A stretch of DNA of 64,000 bases from Carcharhinus amblyrhynchos (GCA_965287045.1 OZ336892.1:19034001-19098000), one strand, 5' to 3'. Shown: positions 12,533 to 26,129, counted from the first letter of the stretch. A program made the numbers and translations. The notes: generated from the sequence alone by a model not told the origin.

Positions 12533-12686
12533 CAATGAGATTGACAAGCATTCCCCACTGGCCTCCGTCATTTGTGGGGTTCGATAGCAGGAACTGCGAA
12601 AGTCTGCTATCTGGGAGTTCTGTATCTTTGCCGGTTCTCTGAGCAATCTCAACGAATGCATTCAAGAAGTAATAGCAACGCTCAAT
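12533..12686 (-). CDS. BLMH: Bleomycin hydrolase coding exon 4 (154 nt): IERCYYFLNAFVEIAQRTGKDTELPDSRLSQFLLSNPTNDGGQWGMLVNLI
   Basis: Polypyrimidine tract plus cacAG acceptor, GTAAG donor, phase 0/1. ERCY.FL and NDGGQW motifs. Confidence 0.96.
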
Positions 12687-12896
12687 CTGTGGAAAGAGAA
12701 AGGCGGATGTTCAGAGTTCGTATGATGCCTCAATGTCACAGGTTTTCATACTGGCCAGAGTAATCATATTGGATACAGTGCCTTGCGCATTCCCTGTCTT
12801 TTCTGTGTTAACTTAGTTATCGCATTCCACAGTCACGGCACTGTTTCCCTTTGCCTTGCTAACACCAACTCAAAGTAGAAGAGTTATCCGAATGCT

Positions 12897-13075
12897 GGGA
12901 TCTCGTGGCGCAGAGTAAATGTCCCTGCCTCCGAGCCAGAAGCTCCAGGTTCTCGTCCCACTTGATGGCCAAGGAAGGCGTGTCCATAACACGGCCAAAC
13001 AGGTCACTATTAATCTGTCAATCTTTTCCAATACATGACAGACAGCAAGAGCGGGCCTGAAAGAAAAACCAGAGC
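12897..13075 (+). mobile_element. Another tRNA-derived SINE-like element
   Basis: GTGGCGCAGAGT A-box-like and GGTTC...TCCCA B-box-like head with an unrelated body. Confidence 0.45.
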
Positions 13076-13396
13076 CTCTACCATCACTATCCGCAGCTCC
13101 ATTTAAAAATGCACGTTGCACCACCGCCACGTGGATACTTGCACAAGATTCTCCCGAGTGTGCAAACATTCGCAGGGAGGAATGTCTGCAGAATATCCAC
13201 TCCCCAAACAAAAAAAACTACAGTTCAAAAGCATTAATACAGATCACCAGAGAAGGAAAAAGAATGCTTCAAATTGATCTCCACAGCGCTAATGGAACGG
13301 ATTCGGAAAATTGCAAATAATATGAAGGGATTAGAGTAATGTACACCGTAAAATCAGCACTGAATGTGAATTGTAATGTTAATCCAATCTTAGTCT

Positions 13397-14160
13397 ACCA
13401 GATTGATTCCAGGGATGAAAGGGCTGTCGTATGAGGAGCGGTTAAATAGCTTGGGGCTTGTAGTCACTGGAGTTTAGAAGAATCTGTGGCACGGTGGTAT
13501 AGTGGATAGCACTGCTGCCTCACAGCACCACGGACCCGGGTTCAATTCCAACCTCAGGTCACTGTCTATGTGGAGTTCTCCCCTGACCTGCATGGATTTC
13601 CTCCAGGTGCTCCAGTTTCCTCCACAGTTCAAAGATGTGCAGGTTAGGTTCATTGGCCAGGCGTAATTGACCCCAGTATCAGGGGGATTAGCAGGGTAAA
13701 TGTGTGGGATTATGGGAGTAGGGTGGGATTGTGCTCGGTACAGACTTGATGGGCTGAATGGCCTCTTTCTGTACTGTAGGGATTCTATGAATGAGGGAGG
13801 ATTGGATTGAGGTATATAAAATGCTACGGTAAACATTGAACAGATGTCCCCCTTCGTGGGACAGTCTAAAGCAAGAGGTCACCGATTATAGAGTGAGGGA
13901 AGGTAGGTTCAAAACTGAGGAGAAACTATTTCCCTCAGAGGCTTGTGAATCTGTGGAACTCACTGTCCCAGAGTGCAGTGGAGGCAGAATCAATCAACAG
14001 ATTTCAAGAAAGAGATAGATATGTTTCTGATGAAAAGCAGATAAAGGGCTATGGAGAGCAGGCAGGAAAGTAGCGGAGACCAGAAAAAGATCAGCTTTGA
14101 TCAAGTTAATTGGCAGAGCAGGCTCAAAGGACTGAATTGCTTCTAGATCTTATGTTCCTG
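13397..14160 (+). mobile_element. CR1 3' fragment interrupted by an HE1 SINE (13485-13790)
   Basis: LIPGMKGLSYEERL..LEFRR|MR.. resumes after the SINE; GAAT occurs on both sides. Confidence 0.85.
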
Positions 14161-14457
14161 TGTTCCCAACACCCCAGTTATTTGTGCAAAACCTTCAGCA
14201 TCACTTCTCTTGCCTCAAGTACCTGCAACATTTCACATAGACAGATGGTTCGAAAAGCAAACATTTGACAGGTCAAAGAACTTCGAGGTAACACTCAACA
14301 TCACATCCTGGGTTATCGTGTACGGATTCAATATACTCAGGCATATAAACTATGCATTATACAAAGTTACACTTCACACCTTATATCAACCAGTTTATCC
14401 CGCCCCTTTCGAAAGCAATGATACACTTTATATGTGCACAAAATCTTTTCATAGTAC

Positions 14458-14567
14458 CTTATCCCAGAAGAACAAGTAGGATTGACTGAACTCAAATTCT
14501 TCAATATTAAATTCCTTCATCAACGGAAGCCGGATCACATTAAGGCAGGAGAAAATCCAACATCGCC
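14458..14567 (-). CDS. BLMH: Bleomycin hydrolase coding exon 3 (110 nt) with catalytic Cys: (G)RCWIFSCLNVIRLPLMKEFNIEEFEFSQSYLFFWDK
   Basis: ttccAG acceptor and GTACT donor, phase 1/0. GRCWIF active-site motif and EFSQSYLFFWDK signature of peptidase family C1B. Confidence 0.98.
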
Positions 14568-14944
14568 CTGGAAATATATAAACAGTAAGTTAATATGAAT
14601 GATCCTGAGTGGTGGTGGAAGGTGGACGAGGAAGCAAAAAGTAGAAAACTGCTCTTTCGTTGCAGTGATTCAATCCGTCCATCAAGGATAGGGGGGGGGG
14701 GGGGGTGGGGGGGTGTCAATCAGCAACTCTGCTAATTGACCTGGGGGCAAAATTCAGAACGAGAATCATCACAAAACCACTAATCCCATCCCACTGCGGC
14801 CAGTTCCAAAGTGTTATTGGTCGGGATTGAGTGCAACATTTGTGCCTACCCGTCTCAATCAAGTGTATTTAGGTTACAGGGAATTCAAGAAAGAAATTTT
14901 TTTTATAAAATGGAAGTCCCACACTCTGCCTAGATTATTACAAA

Positions 14945-16060
14945 GATCTAAGAAAAGTACAGCATGGGAACAGGCCCTTCCGCCCTCCAAACCTGTGCTA
15001 ATAATGATATCCTAACTAAACTAAAAAAACTTCTGCCCTTACTCAGTCCATATCTCTCTATTCATTTACCCATCCAGATGCCTCTTAAACAGTGCTAATA
15101 TGCCTGCTTCCACCACCTCCTCTGGCAATGGGTTCCAACCATCCACCATTCTCTGCGTGAAAAACATCCCCTGCACGTCTCCCATAAACTTTCCCACCTG
15201 TGCCCCCTTGTGATTGACACTTCCGCCCTGGGAAAAAGCCTCTGACTATTCACCTTGTCTATGCTTCTCATCTGAGGGGAGACACTTATCAGGCCTTCCC
15301 TCAGCCTCTGTCTTTCCAGAGAAAACAATCCTAGTTTATTCAACCTCTCCACATGGTCCTTGAGACCAGGCAACATCCTGTTGAACCTTTTTTTGCACCC
15401 TCTCCAAAGTTTCCACATCCTTCTTGTGGCGTGCCAGAACTGCACGCAATACCCCAAATGCGGCCGAACCAAGGTTTTATATAGCTGCAACATGATTTCC
15501 CAACCCTAGTACTCAATGCCCAGGCCAATGACAGCAAACATGTCATCTGCCGTCTTAATCACCTTAGCCACTGTGTTGCCGCTTTTAAGGAAGTGTGGGC
15601 CTGCATGCCCAGATCCCTCTGTATGTTAATGTTCCTATGGGTTCTGCCATTTACAGTACAATTCACACCTAAATTTGATCCTCCAAAATGCATCACCTCG
15701 CATTTGTCTGAATTGAACTCCATCTGCCATTTCTGTGCCCAAGTCTCCAATTTATCTAGATCCTGTTGTATCCTCTGACAATGCCCGGCACTATCAGCAA
15801 CTCCACAAACCTTCGTATCATCCGCAAACTTACTAATATCTCGGTTGAACCTGCCTCCACCACGCTTTCAGGCAGTACATTCCAGCTGCAAACCACTCAT
15901 TGTGCAATGAAAGTTTATCCTTACAGTGCCATTGCTTCTTTTGCCCATTACCTTAAACCTGTGCCCTCTTGATCTCCATCCCTCCACCAGTGGGAACACT
16001 TTTTCCCCCACCTACTCAGCCCAGACCCCTCAAGATTTTCTATCAAATCTCCTCTCAACC
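14945..16060 (-). mobile_element. CR1 fragments (RT thumb to 3' end, plus a second fragment)
   Basis: WQMEFNSDKCEVMHFG, QRDLG, LYKTLVRPHL.YCVQFW. Confidence 0.88.
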
Positions 16061-16069
16061 TCCCGTGCA

Positions 16070-17020
16070 ATTGGTCAATTAATTTCTTCCTTTATTTGGA
16101 ATAAGAAAACATCCAGGACGCAAAGCATATCAACAAAGACTCAAGCATTTCAGTAGCTTTCAGTTTCATTACTGGTCTGTTAATATTTATTTGCTGCTTC
16201 ATTCAGACCTGGCCAGTTTAGCATGGGGTCAATTGGAGGCAGTCTCCTGTCAGTTGAAATCGCTGCCTGTTCTGTTGTGGTCCTCTGTTACTTCTTTAAC
16301 CAAGTCACTTTTCTTCAAGCTGTTAGACACTCACTTAAGATTTGGACCCAGTTCATAACACACTCTGGGTTACAATCTTTATGCAGCCCTACTGATGCAA
16401 ATCATTTACTGCTGCCTTAGTTAGGACAGTGTTGCCTTTTAAAACCCTCTAAATTATATATTGATAATATTTTTGCTTCTTTCGACTCTCTTCCTTGGAA
16501 ATATAATCTTCCCCATGCACACTTCATTCACTGCTTACAGATCAAGGATTTTATAAGAACATAAGAAATAGGAGCAGGAGTAGGCCATCTAGCCCTTCGA
16601 GCCTGCCCTGTCATTCAATAAAATCATGGCTGATCTGTCGTGGCTCAGTTCCACATTCCTGCCCTCTCCCCATAACCCTTAATCCCCTCGCTTATCAAAA
16701 ACCTATCAACCCGCGTCTTAAAAATATTTAGCGAGGCAGCCTCCACCACTTCAACGGGCAGAGAATTCCAGAGATTCACCACCCTTTGAGTGAAGAAGTT
16801 CCTCCTCAACTCCGTTCTAAACCGCCCACCCCTTTATCTTGAGGCTGTGCCCCCTAGTCCTTACGTGCAAAAAAAATTGTTCCGTTTCCATCATTGCCCT
16901 CCTTAATCAGCAATTGATATTATAGTGCAACTAAATGCTTTTGTTGGGGAATTCATTTTCAAATTGGGATTATAATTCTTCTGGAACTCTTCAAGGATGT
17001 AATTAGTAGAGTTGATGAAA
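16070..17020 (+). mobile_element. Degenerate L1/Tx1-clade ORF2 fragment, split by a CR1
   Basis: Remnants ISSFIWNKK, VRHSLKIWTQF, LYIDNIFASFD.L..KYNLP..HF...QIKDF typical of fish L1 ORF2. Confidence 0.65.
16555..16861 (-). mobile_element. Young CR1 3' end, same subfamily, inserted in an L1 fragment
   Basis: Same 3' UTR and tail as the 21826 and 46743 copies. Confidence 0.9.
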
Positions 17021-17024
17021 ATGC

Positions 17025-18145
17025 AGAAGTCGATGTGGTTTATCTGGACTTCCAGAAGGCTCTCGATAAAAATCCCATGTGAAGAGATTAGCATGTAAAA
17101 TTAAAGAGCGTGGGATAGAAGGGGATGGAAAACTGGTTGGCAGACAGGAAACAAAGCGTAGCAAAATCACAAGTCTTTTTCCAAGTGGCACAAAGTGACT
17201 CGGGGCTACCGCAGAGATCAGTGCTGGGACCCCAGCTATTCACTATTACTGATTTAGATGAGGGAACTCAATGTAATATCTCCACATTTGCAGATGACAC
17301 AAAGCTGGGTGGGAGGGTGAGCTGTGAGGGGGACAAAGAGATCCTTCAGTGTGATTTGGACAAATTGAGCGAGTGGGCTAATGAATGGGCAGATGCAGTA
17401 TAATTTAGACAAATGTGTGGTTATCCATCTCAGTAGAAGAAACAGTAAGGCAGATTACAACTGAATGGCCATATATTAGGAGAGGGGAATTTGCAATAAG
17501 ACCTAGGTGTCCTTGTACACCAGTCACTGAAGGTAAGCAGTGACAGGCAGTTAAAAAAGGCAAACGGTAAGTTGGCTTTCATAGTGAGAGGATTCGAGTA
17601 CAGGAGCAGAGCCTTAATGAGACCACACCTGGAATATTGTGTGCAGTTTGGTCTCGCTGTCTGAGGAAGAATGCTCTTGCTTTAGAGGGAGTGCAGAGAA
17701 GGTTTACCAGACAGATTCCTGAGATGGTAGGACTGATGCACAAGGTAAGATTGAGTCAGTTAGGATTATATTTGCTGGAATTCAGAAGAATGGGGGGAGA
17801 TCTAGATAGGGTAGATGCAAGAAGGATGTTCCTGATGGTGGGGGTGAGCAGATCCAGAGATAGCAGTCTGAGGATACATGGTAAACCATTTAGCACAGAG
17901 ATGAGGAGAAATTTCTTTATGTACAGAATGGTCAGCTGGTGGAATTCACTAGCACAGAAAGTAACTGAGGCCATTGTATGTTTTCAAGCAACAGTCAGAC
18001 ATAGCTCATGAAATGAAGGGGATCAAAGGAAATGTGGGGGGGAGGAAGGCAGGATCAGGCTAGTTAGTTGGCTGATCAGCCATGATCCTAATGAATAATG
18101 GAGCAGGCTCAAAGTGCCAATTGGCCTCCTTCTGCACTTAGTTTC
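17025..18145 (+). mobile_element. Degenerate CR1 ORF2 (RT domain to 3' end)
   Basis: DVVYLDFQKA, SGLPQRSVLGPQLF, FADDTKLGG, LEGVQRRFTR. Confidence 0.9.
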
Positions 18146-19794
18146 AGTTTCTATTATAACCGCTACAGTGACTGGGCTTGCAGATAAAAGATCACAGGCC
18201 ACTGCATGTGTTGAGATAACAGAGAAAAGTGCTAAATCCGCACTGACAATAAGTCTGCTCAGCATTCTAACATAAAAATCTGTGACAAATTCTGATGAAC
18301 CGCAACTGGGGTGATCAAATCAATGTACAACATCCAACTGAGTGATTCAGTTAACAATCTACAAAACTGACAGCAAAAGTTTTCAACTGAGGAGTAAGCT
18401 AAAGCTGTGTGGTTCGGACAAGAAAATCAGTCAACTATTGTCAATGTCGGATCAAGTCCTTAAGATTTTCTTCATCTGTTATCATGCAAGGTGGTTGTAA
18501 GGCCATGATGGTGGAGTGCACATTGTTCTTTACTGACTAACTCTTTAATCCAAGTCATAGGCCAACAACATGTCGGTGCGCCAACACCTGAGCAGGAGTT
18601 TAAAGAAAGGAGCTTAGACCATAAAATGAAACCCAATAATGATCACAATTGGGGGTTTTCACAGTAACGTTAATGTAAGCCTACTTGTGACTAAATAAAT
18701 AAACTTTAAGATTAGCTACGGCACCAAATGGAAGGACAGTTAGGAAAACATTGTTCTGACAGGCAATGGAAAAAGCTGCTCTAAGGGATTGCAATGTGCT
18801 ACTCCCAAACTAGTTCCTTCCTCCTTCAAACTGGTAGATCACTGTGTAATATGGTGCATCAGGTAGGCCTCAAGTCTGACCACAAGAATGTAGTTGAGGT
18901 AGCTGCTCTCAGTGGCAACAGTGGAATTACAATTGCTTCCATTCCCTGGGAGGAATAAGAAGCTGAGAATGGCCACAGCTTCTTCCTCGATACAACTATG
19001 CACTGATTCTAATGGAAAGTGTACACAGATCAGTACAAACACAAAGAGGCTACTTAGCTGATCAGGCCCACACTGCTGCTTTTCTCCAGGTGAACTACCA
19101 CCAGGATCTGCTTCCAGCTGGCCAGCAGAATCGATAATACCAGGGAGAAACACAGAAACACTGCTTTTCAGTCTGATGTCCAAACACTTTCTAAACTAAA
19201 ACAGCAACCAGTAGCCCAAGACTGAAAATGAAAGAACTTTTGTCACTTGGATCGTCAAGCATTCTTCCCCCCATAATTCAGGATCATAAAAAATAGAAAG
19301 TTCCTGATGCCCAGAGTAAAAATAAACAAAACCCCATTTAAACCACTGAAGTAGCAATAAAAGGACTTCTAAGCAGACAACTTGACAACAATGAAAAAAG
19401 GCCTGCTTACAAACTGCAGAGAACGTGATTTCAGAAAGGAAATACATTTCTTAAACAGTACACTAGTGTCACAACACCCTTATCCCTGTAACCTCACGTA
19501 TTTACCCTTCTAGTCCCCCTAACAGAGGGTCAATTTAGCATGGCCAACCAACCTAATCCATACATCTTTAGGACTGTGGAAGGAAACTGGAGCATTTGGT
19601 GGAAACCTACTCAGGCACAGAGAGAACATGCAGACTCCGAGATTGGAGCTGAACCCAGATCCCTCGTGGTTTGAGGCAGCAGCTTCAAACAATGGCACAT
19701 GAAACAGCACTCTACAATCTAATCATCTGTTACCTTTTAATTCTCCAGTGGCTCTCCAAAACTTGCACCTGTTTATTGTTGGCCAATGTAAATA

Positions 19795-20240
19795 ATAAGA
19801 CCATAAGACATAGGAATAAGATTAGGCCACTCGGCCCATCGAGTCTGCTCCATCATTCGACCATGGCTGATTTTTTTTCCTCATCTCCATTCTCCTGCCT
19901 TTTCACCATAAACCCTGATCCCCTTATTAATCAAAACCCCATCTATCTGTCTTAGAGACACTGAATGACCTGGCCTCCACAGTCTTCTGCAGCAAAGGGT
20001 TCCACAGATTCACCACTCTCTGGATGAAGAAATTCCTTCTTATCTCTGTTTTAAAGGATCGCCCCTTTAGCCTGAGCTCATGCCTTCTGGTTCTAGTTTT
20101 TCCTATGAGTGGAAACATCCTCTCCACGTCCACTGTATCCATGCCTCGCAGCATCCTTTAAGTTTCAATAAGATCTCCCCTCATCCTTCTGAACTCCAAC
20201 CAGTACAAACCCAGACTCCTCAACTGTTCCTCATACGATA
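19795..20240 (-). mobile_element. CR1 3' fragment
   Basis: ERMFPL.GKTRTR.H.L.LKG..FKTE.RRNFF.QRVVNLWN; (CTTATGGT)-type tail. Same subfamily as 61797. Confidence 0.88.
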
Positions 20241-20709
20241 ATCTTCCTCTGCCTGCCACAAGTCCTTCTAATTTTGAAGAACTTCAATGTTCTCCTCATC
20301 AATTGCAACGAAAGTGTGCTCCAATTTCTCAACTCTTCATAAACGTAACCTCTTGTACCTAGTAGCATCCTACTAAAATCTATGGCTGGAATTTTATTGT
20401 CCCACTACAGGAATTGGTCCATTAACCTTGCGCAGGATTTTACAATTTCAGGATGAACGAGGCTGTAAAATCCCACCCTTTGTCTCCACTGTTTTTATAA
20501 ACATACCATTAAAAGCCTCATCATTGTACCTCAGAAACGTTGCACGTGTATAGAGCAAAAAACAATGATGTTAATTGGCTCATACATTCACTAACTAAAC
20601 AGGAGTTGCACAGTGTTGGGGGTAGGGATGGGATTAGTATAGATTCACAACCAAATGTTAGAGTCACGGTGTTTTCCTACTTCAGAATAGTTGATTGGAT
20701 GATAATTAC

Positions 20710-20907
20710 CTGTATGTTTCTGGTTTGTAACTGGCTTTCCTTCTGCAGGGATGACATGCTTGAATACATGCGATGTTTCTTGAACGACTTGTCTCTGAAG
20801 GTAGGTTTGCAGAAGATCACCACTGGTTGCCACATTCTGGGCAAGATTATAACGTGGCTCAGCCTGGAATTTTTTGGTGAAAGCTGCCGCCTTTTCTGGA
20901 CAAAGGC
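20710..20907 (-). CDS. BLMH: Bleomycin hydrolase coding exon 2 (198 nt): (G)LCPEKAAAFTKKFQAEPRYNLAQNVATSGDLLQTYLQRQVVQETSHVFKHVIPAEGKPVTNQKHT
   Basis: cacAG acceptor and GTAAT donor, phase 1/1. LAQNV and EGKP.TNQK (oxyanion Gln) motifs; lies inside ORF 20645..20923. Confidence 0.96.
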
Positions 20908-21479
20908 CTGTGACGATAACCAAAAACAGCAGCCAAATTGAATTACAGACATTCGCATTAAGTTCTTGCTCAAGTTAACAAGCACTGGTTATATTCTGTC
21001 ACTTAATCTGATCATCACTGGCTAGAATTATGAAAACGATGTGAAGATTGCACAAGCAGTGTCTTGGAACCTCCCTCGAGCAGGAATTAGAATGCTTAAA
21101 TCATGTTTGGGTAATTGTTTGCAATTTTAAACATCTTTTAGTGACACACGCCCACCATGAATGCGTACTGGGGAAGTTTAGATAAGATCAGTGGATCATG
21201 AAGGATTTGCTAACAGTACCAAAACTGTTACTGTTTGTTTTTGTCAAACAAAACCCTATCCTGGGTCAACTTATTTGTACCTTTTTAATCAATTAGCTTG
21301 CACCTAATTTAATTCCTCCATAATACTGAACTTCAGCAGGACTCAGCTATCTGTTATCCAATTTCACTTTGAGCGCTTGTTTAGTTTTTAAAAAAGGAAT
21401 AGTATTAGGTTTCTTTTAGGAAAGAGTAAATTTAAAAAAGAACTTATAATCAGAAAACTTTGGGCTTAATAAATAAAAA

Positions 21480-21715
21480 CTATCTGGAATTAGGAATCTA
21501 CTGATGACCATGGAGCCATTGTCGATTGTCAGAAAAACCCATCTGATTCACTAACGTCCTTTGGAGAAGGAAATTTGCTGTCCTTACCTGGTCTGGCCTA
21601 CATGTGACTCCAGGGCCACAGCAATGTAGTTGACTCTCAATTGCTCTCTAAACAAGGGCAATTAGGGATGGACAATAAATGCTGGCCAGCCAGCAATACC
21701 CATGTCCCAAGAAAT
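21480..21715 (+). mobile_element. SINE family 2, 5'-truncated
   Basis: Same body and tail as 1197-1550. Confidence 0.85.
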
Positions 21716-21825
21716 AATTTAAAAAAAAATTAGCAACCCATTTTTGGAATTCCAAGTAAATACACACATGCACCATCAAAAAGTAATCACGACAATTTTG
21801 TGAAATTTGCAACCTTGCTAGATAG

Positions 21826-22625
21826 AACATAAGAACATAAGAAATAGGAGCAGGACTGGCCATCTAGCCCTTCGAGCCTGCCCCGCCATTAAATAAGATC
21901 ATGGCTGATCTGTCGTGGCTCAGTTCCACATTCCCGCCCTCTCCCCATAACCTTTAATCCCCTCGCTTATCAAAAACCCATCAACCCGCGTCTTAAAAAT
22001 ATTTAGCAAGGCAGCCTCCACCACTTCAACGGGCAGAGAATTCCAGAGATTCACCACCCTTTGAGTGAAGAAGTTCCTCAACTCCGTTCTAAACCGCCCC
22101 CCTTTATCTTGACGCTGTGCCCTCTAGTCCTACTATCCTTTCTGAGCGGGAACAGTCTCTCCACCTCTATCCTATCCATCCCATTCATCATCTTATATGT
22201 CTCAATGAGATCTCCCCTCATTCTTCTAAACTCTAACAAGTACAAGCCTAGTTTATTCAGCCTCTCCTCATAGCTCAACCCCCTCAACTCCGGTATCAGC
22301 CTAGTAAACCTCCTCTGCACTCCCTCCAAGGCCAAAATATCCTTGCGTAAGTGCGGCGACCAAAACTGCACACAGTACTCCAGCTGCGGCCTCACCAATG
22401 CCCTATACAGCTGCAGCAAGACCTCCCTACTTTTATATTCAATCCCCCTCGCTATGAAGGCCAGCATCCCATTTGCCTTCCTGACCACCTGCAGGCTGGG
22501 TTTTTGCGACTCATGCTCAAGGACCCCGAGGTCCCTCTGCACCGTCGCCTGCTGCAGTTTTTCACCACGTAAGTAATAGTCCTTCCTACCATTATTCCTA
22601 CCAAAGTGGACCACCTCGCACTTAG
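21826..22625 (-). mobile_element. Young CR1 LINE copy, same subfamily as 46743
   Basis: KCEVVHFG...QRDLGV...EYCVQFWSP; nearly identical to the 46.7 kb copy apart from small deletions. Confidence 0.95.
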
Positions 22626-22863
22626 GAGCAGAAGGTTGTGGAATCAGATCTATAGCCTTATCTGGGGCCATATTCTTATCCAGCAGGTCCGTCCAGGACA
22701 GCTATCTTGCAAAACTGGCTTGTGCATTACTAACAACTTCAGTGCTTTGTCTCTGATGAAACAAATTCACCTGTTTGCACACAAGATAAGAGAATAAATA
22801 CCTTTGCTTGTCTATGTGACTGCAGTTGGCTGCTATGGACAAGCAATGTGTGAAAAAACATGT

Positions 22864-23162
22864 AGGGAATGGCACAATGTTTAGCACTGCTGCCTCATGT
22901 TACCAGGGACCTGGGTTCAATTCTCAACTTGGGTCACTGTCCGTGCAGAGTCTGCACGTTGTCCCTGGGTCTGCATGGGTTTCCTCTGGGTGCTCCGGTT
23001 TCCTCCCACAGTCCAAAAAAAAACGTGTTGGTTAGTGCACCAGTCCCAGCTCTCCCTCAGTGTACCCAACAGGCACCAGAGTGTGACGACTAGGGGATTT
23101 TCATAGTAACTTCATTGCAGTGTTAATGTAAGCTTACTCGTGGCACTAATAAATAAACTTTA
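22864..23162 (+). mobile_element. HE1-type SINE, tail B
   Basis: As 358-660. Confidence 0.88.
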
Positions 23163-24136
23163 ACTCTGCAGCATTCCCAACTTTCCTCCCATATTTTGGA
23201 ATTGATCTTCAGCAGGGAAAGGAAGGGATGAGAGATACGTCGGATTTAATTGGACATCACCCTAAAAGTTAATAAGAAATTGAATGCTGACATCTAACGA
23301 AGCAAAGAAATCAAGTCAAGTGACATAAAACATTACCTGAAGCGCATGGCCAGCTGTAACTCATTGCGGGATACTGTGTAATATTAAGGTATTAAGTGAC
23401 CTAATGAAACTAATTCAGACTGTGGAAATATGGAGCAGGTCCTTCGCTTTAAAAAACACAGTATTCAAAGAACAAGAAAATTACAGCACAGGCCCTCCAA
23501 GTCTGCACCAACCAAGCTGCCCGATTGAACTAAAACCCCTATTCTTTCCGGGAACCGTATCCCTCTATTCCCATCCTATTCATATATTTGTCAAGACGCC
23601 TCTTAAAAATCATTGTGTGACTTGTTGAGACATTTGACAGATACCTTTTAAGTCAGTGTAAACTATAATTTAGAAATTCTATCCATCTAAACTAGTTACC
23701 ACGATGGTTATGCAAGGAATAGTTTAAGCTTTGAGACGTTATTGTTTGTATTTTATTCAAAGCTCATGCAAATCTCTACACCTACTATGAATTATCAAAT
23801 ATACTAATGCTTCTATTAATTCCCAAGCATACATGACCATGTAGCAATCTGGAAGATCATGTGTAGGCCTTCTTTCATTCTCACCACCACTAGCAAGTAA
23901 ATTGAAGTGTCAAAGTGCTGGTCGCACAATGAAAATTACCCATTTGGAACACTGCCCAGTTTAGGTAGAGAGCAGCGTAGTAGAAAAACATGGAAATTAT
24001 TTTATGAACAAGCAGAGGAGTGATATTTGTTCCACTTCATGTGCCTTTTTTTAATAAAGGGAAAAGAACAAGTCTGGAAAATACAGCTGCATGAGAAGAT
24101 GATGTAAGGAGAGTCATCCCACATAATTGATCTGGG

Positions 24137-24192
24137 TACACACACACACACACACACGTGTAACACATGCATGTGTGCGCACACACACACAC
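24137..24192 (+). repeat. Interrupted (CA)n microsatellite
   Basis: Direct reading. Confidence 0.9.
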
Positions 24193-26129
24193 GTATATCA
24201 TTACTGGAACACTACATGAAACACCACTGCCCTGGCAAACATCACTCTGCCACCTATCTACTGACTTGCAACAACACACAAAATGATAGAAAAAGTTCAC
24301 AGTGCCTCCCCTACTTGCCAATCTATTCGGCCCACCCAAGGTAAAGTCTGATTTTGAAAATTCCTCCTACAGAGGGCTTCAACGCAAATTCCGCCTGGAC
24401 AAATGAATGAAAATCATTGGACATGACAAGCAAGTACCTGATTTCAAACCCAACGGCTACCTGGTTTCAACCTTCCAAGGAAAGTGTGGACCACCCTCAA
24501 CGGGTTCAGAACCAGCCATGGCTCCTGCCTGGCCGACCTCCATAGACGGGGCATTAGTACCAGCCCCCTATGTGCCTGCGGGAAAGAGCAAGCTATACAC
24601 CACAGCATTGAAGAATGTTACTGAAATGTACAGTTGTACGGTACCCAGCCCTGTGTCAGACAAACGGTTGTCACATTAAGATAAGTCTCTAGTTTCCTCA
24701 AACCTTCTCCTTGTCCTCATCATCAGTCGGGCAATCTCTAGGAATCAGGAGGGCCTTATCTCACATACCGGCACTGGTTAGATGGTCATTGACTTACCTC
24801 ATGAACAGGTCAAGATCTCATCTCGCTTAACCTGATAGCAGATCCAAACTGAGGGTCAAACTTCTGAGGGTCAAATGTCCTTCGCTTTCTGGGTATCCTG
24901 TTCCATTTTTTTAAAAAAGCGTTGGAAGGCCCAGGATTTGTTTTTTGGCAATTCTTGGCCAGTCATATTCTGAGTCACCACATCCAAACCAGTACGTAGT
25001 GAACATTATCCCCATGGGATCCCTGTTAGGAATGACTCACTGTGGTTTAGACCACCACATGCCCTCAAGCAGAGGGCTGATGCCCTCAACACCATCCCAA
25101 TGAAAGGTAGGAGGAAACTTTAACACAACCTCCAGTTTAGTTATCGCCTGGACGCGTCAGGGAAATGTACAGAATCAAAGAGTCCTACAGTGCAGAAGGA
25201 GGCTATTTGGCCCATCAAGACTGCTCCAACCATAATCCCACCCAGGCCCTACCCCCATAACCCCATGCATTTACACTAGCTAGTCCCCTCGACACTTAGG
25301 GACAATTTAACATGGCTAATCAACTAATCTGCACATCTTTGGACAGTGGATGAAACTGGCACACCCGGAGGAAACCCACACGGGCACGGAGAATGTACAA
25401 ACCCCACACAGACGGTGACCCAAGCTGGGAATGTCTGCCAAGACTCCTGTGGTGGGTGGGACAGGAAAATTCCTCCTGTAGTTATCCCACTATTCACTTC
25501 TCAACCACCACCACCACCACTCAATACCCAGAGTGATGCTCCTGGGGGGAATCAGCTGGGCAGGAAGGTGGAGGGGATGTGCCATCCACTGTGTTACAGA
25601 TCTCATGCAAAGATCCACAGAGCTACTGTAACCAGAGCCCATAGTTACCTCTGTGCAGAGTGTTTCCCCTCTCCTGCATTTCACTCACAGTGATCCCAAA
25701 AGGAGTTTGCCACCCGTATCCATCACCATTAGCAAGGCGCACAGATACTGGCCACACAAAATGTTGCAAAGTGGCAATTTCTGAAGGGAGATATCTGGGA
25801 GGGGAAAAAAAAGGTGCTTCCACCCTTTTCTTTGTCGAACTCGTTGTGAGTTCTCATTCTTTCAAGTTAACAACATCGTCCGATGCGAAAGGCAAGCGAC
25901 GCAGCTTGTTAAGAAGCAACAGGGGGCTTTGAGAATACCGTACAGAAGGGAGAGCTATTCAATCCCCTGAACTGCCTGCAGGCCTTAAATGTGACTCAGC
26001 ATCAACTGGGCTCTGCACGAACTCCGGTTAACAGCGAAAACGCCCATTCATTCAAGGGCAACCTGAGTGAGCAAGACAGCAATTGCGGGGGGGCGGTGGG
26101 GAAGAGGCTTGCACAGACACAGGCATCTT

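Noticed and set aside
14691-14714. Poly-G runs (also 4971-4993) as functional G-quadruplexes
   Set aside because: Simple homopolymer expansions, one inside a SINE, with no evidence of function.
24798-24831. 34-nt cassette in BLMH intron 1 with a perfect AG|GTAAGT donor (possible poison exon)
   Set aside because: Weak acceptor and probably repeat-derived context; unsupported without RNA data.
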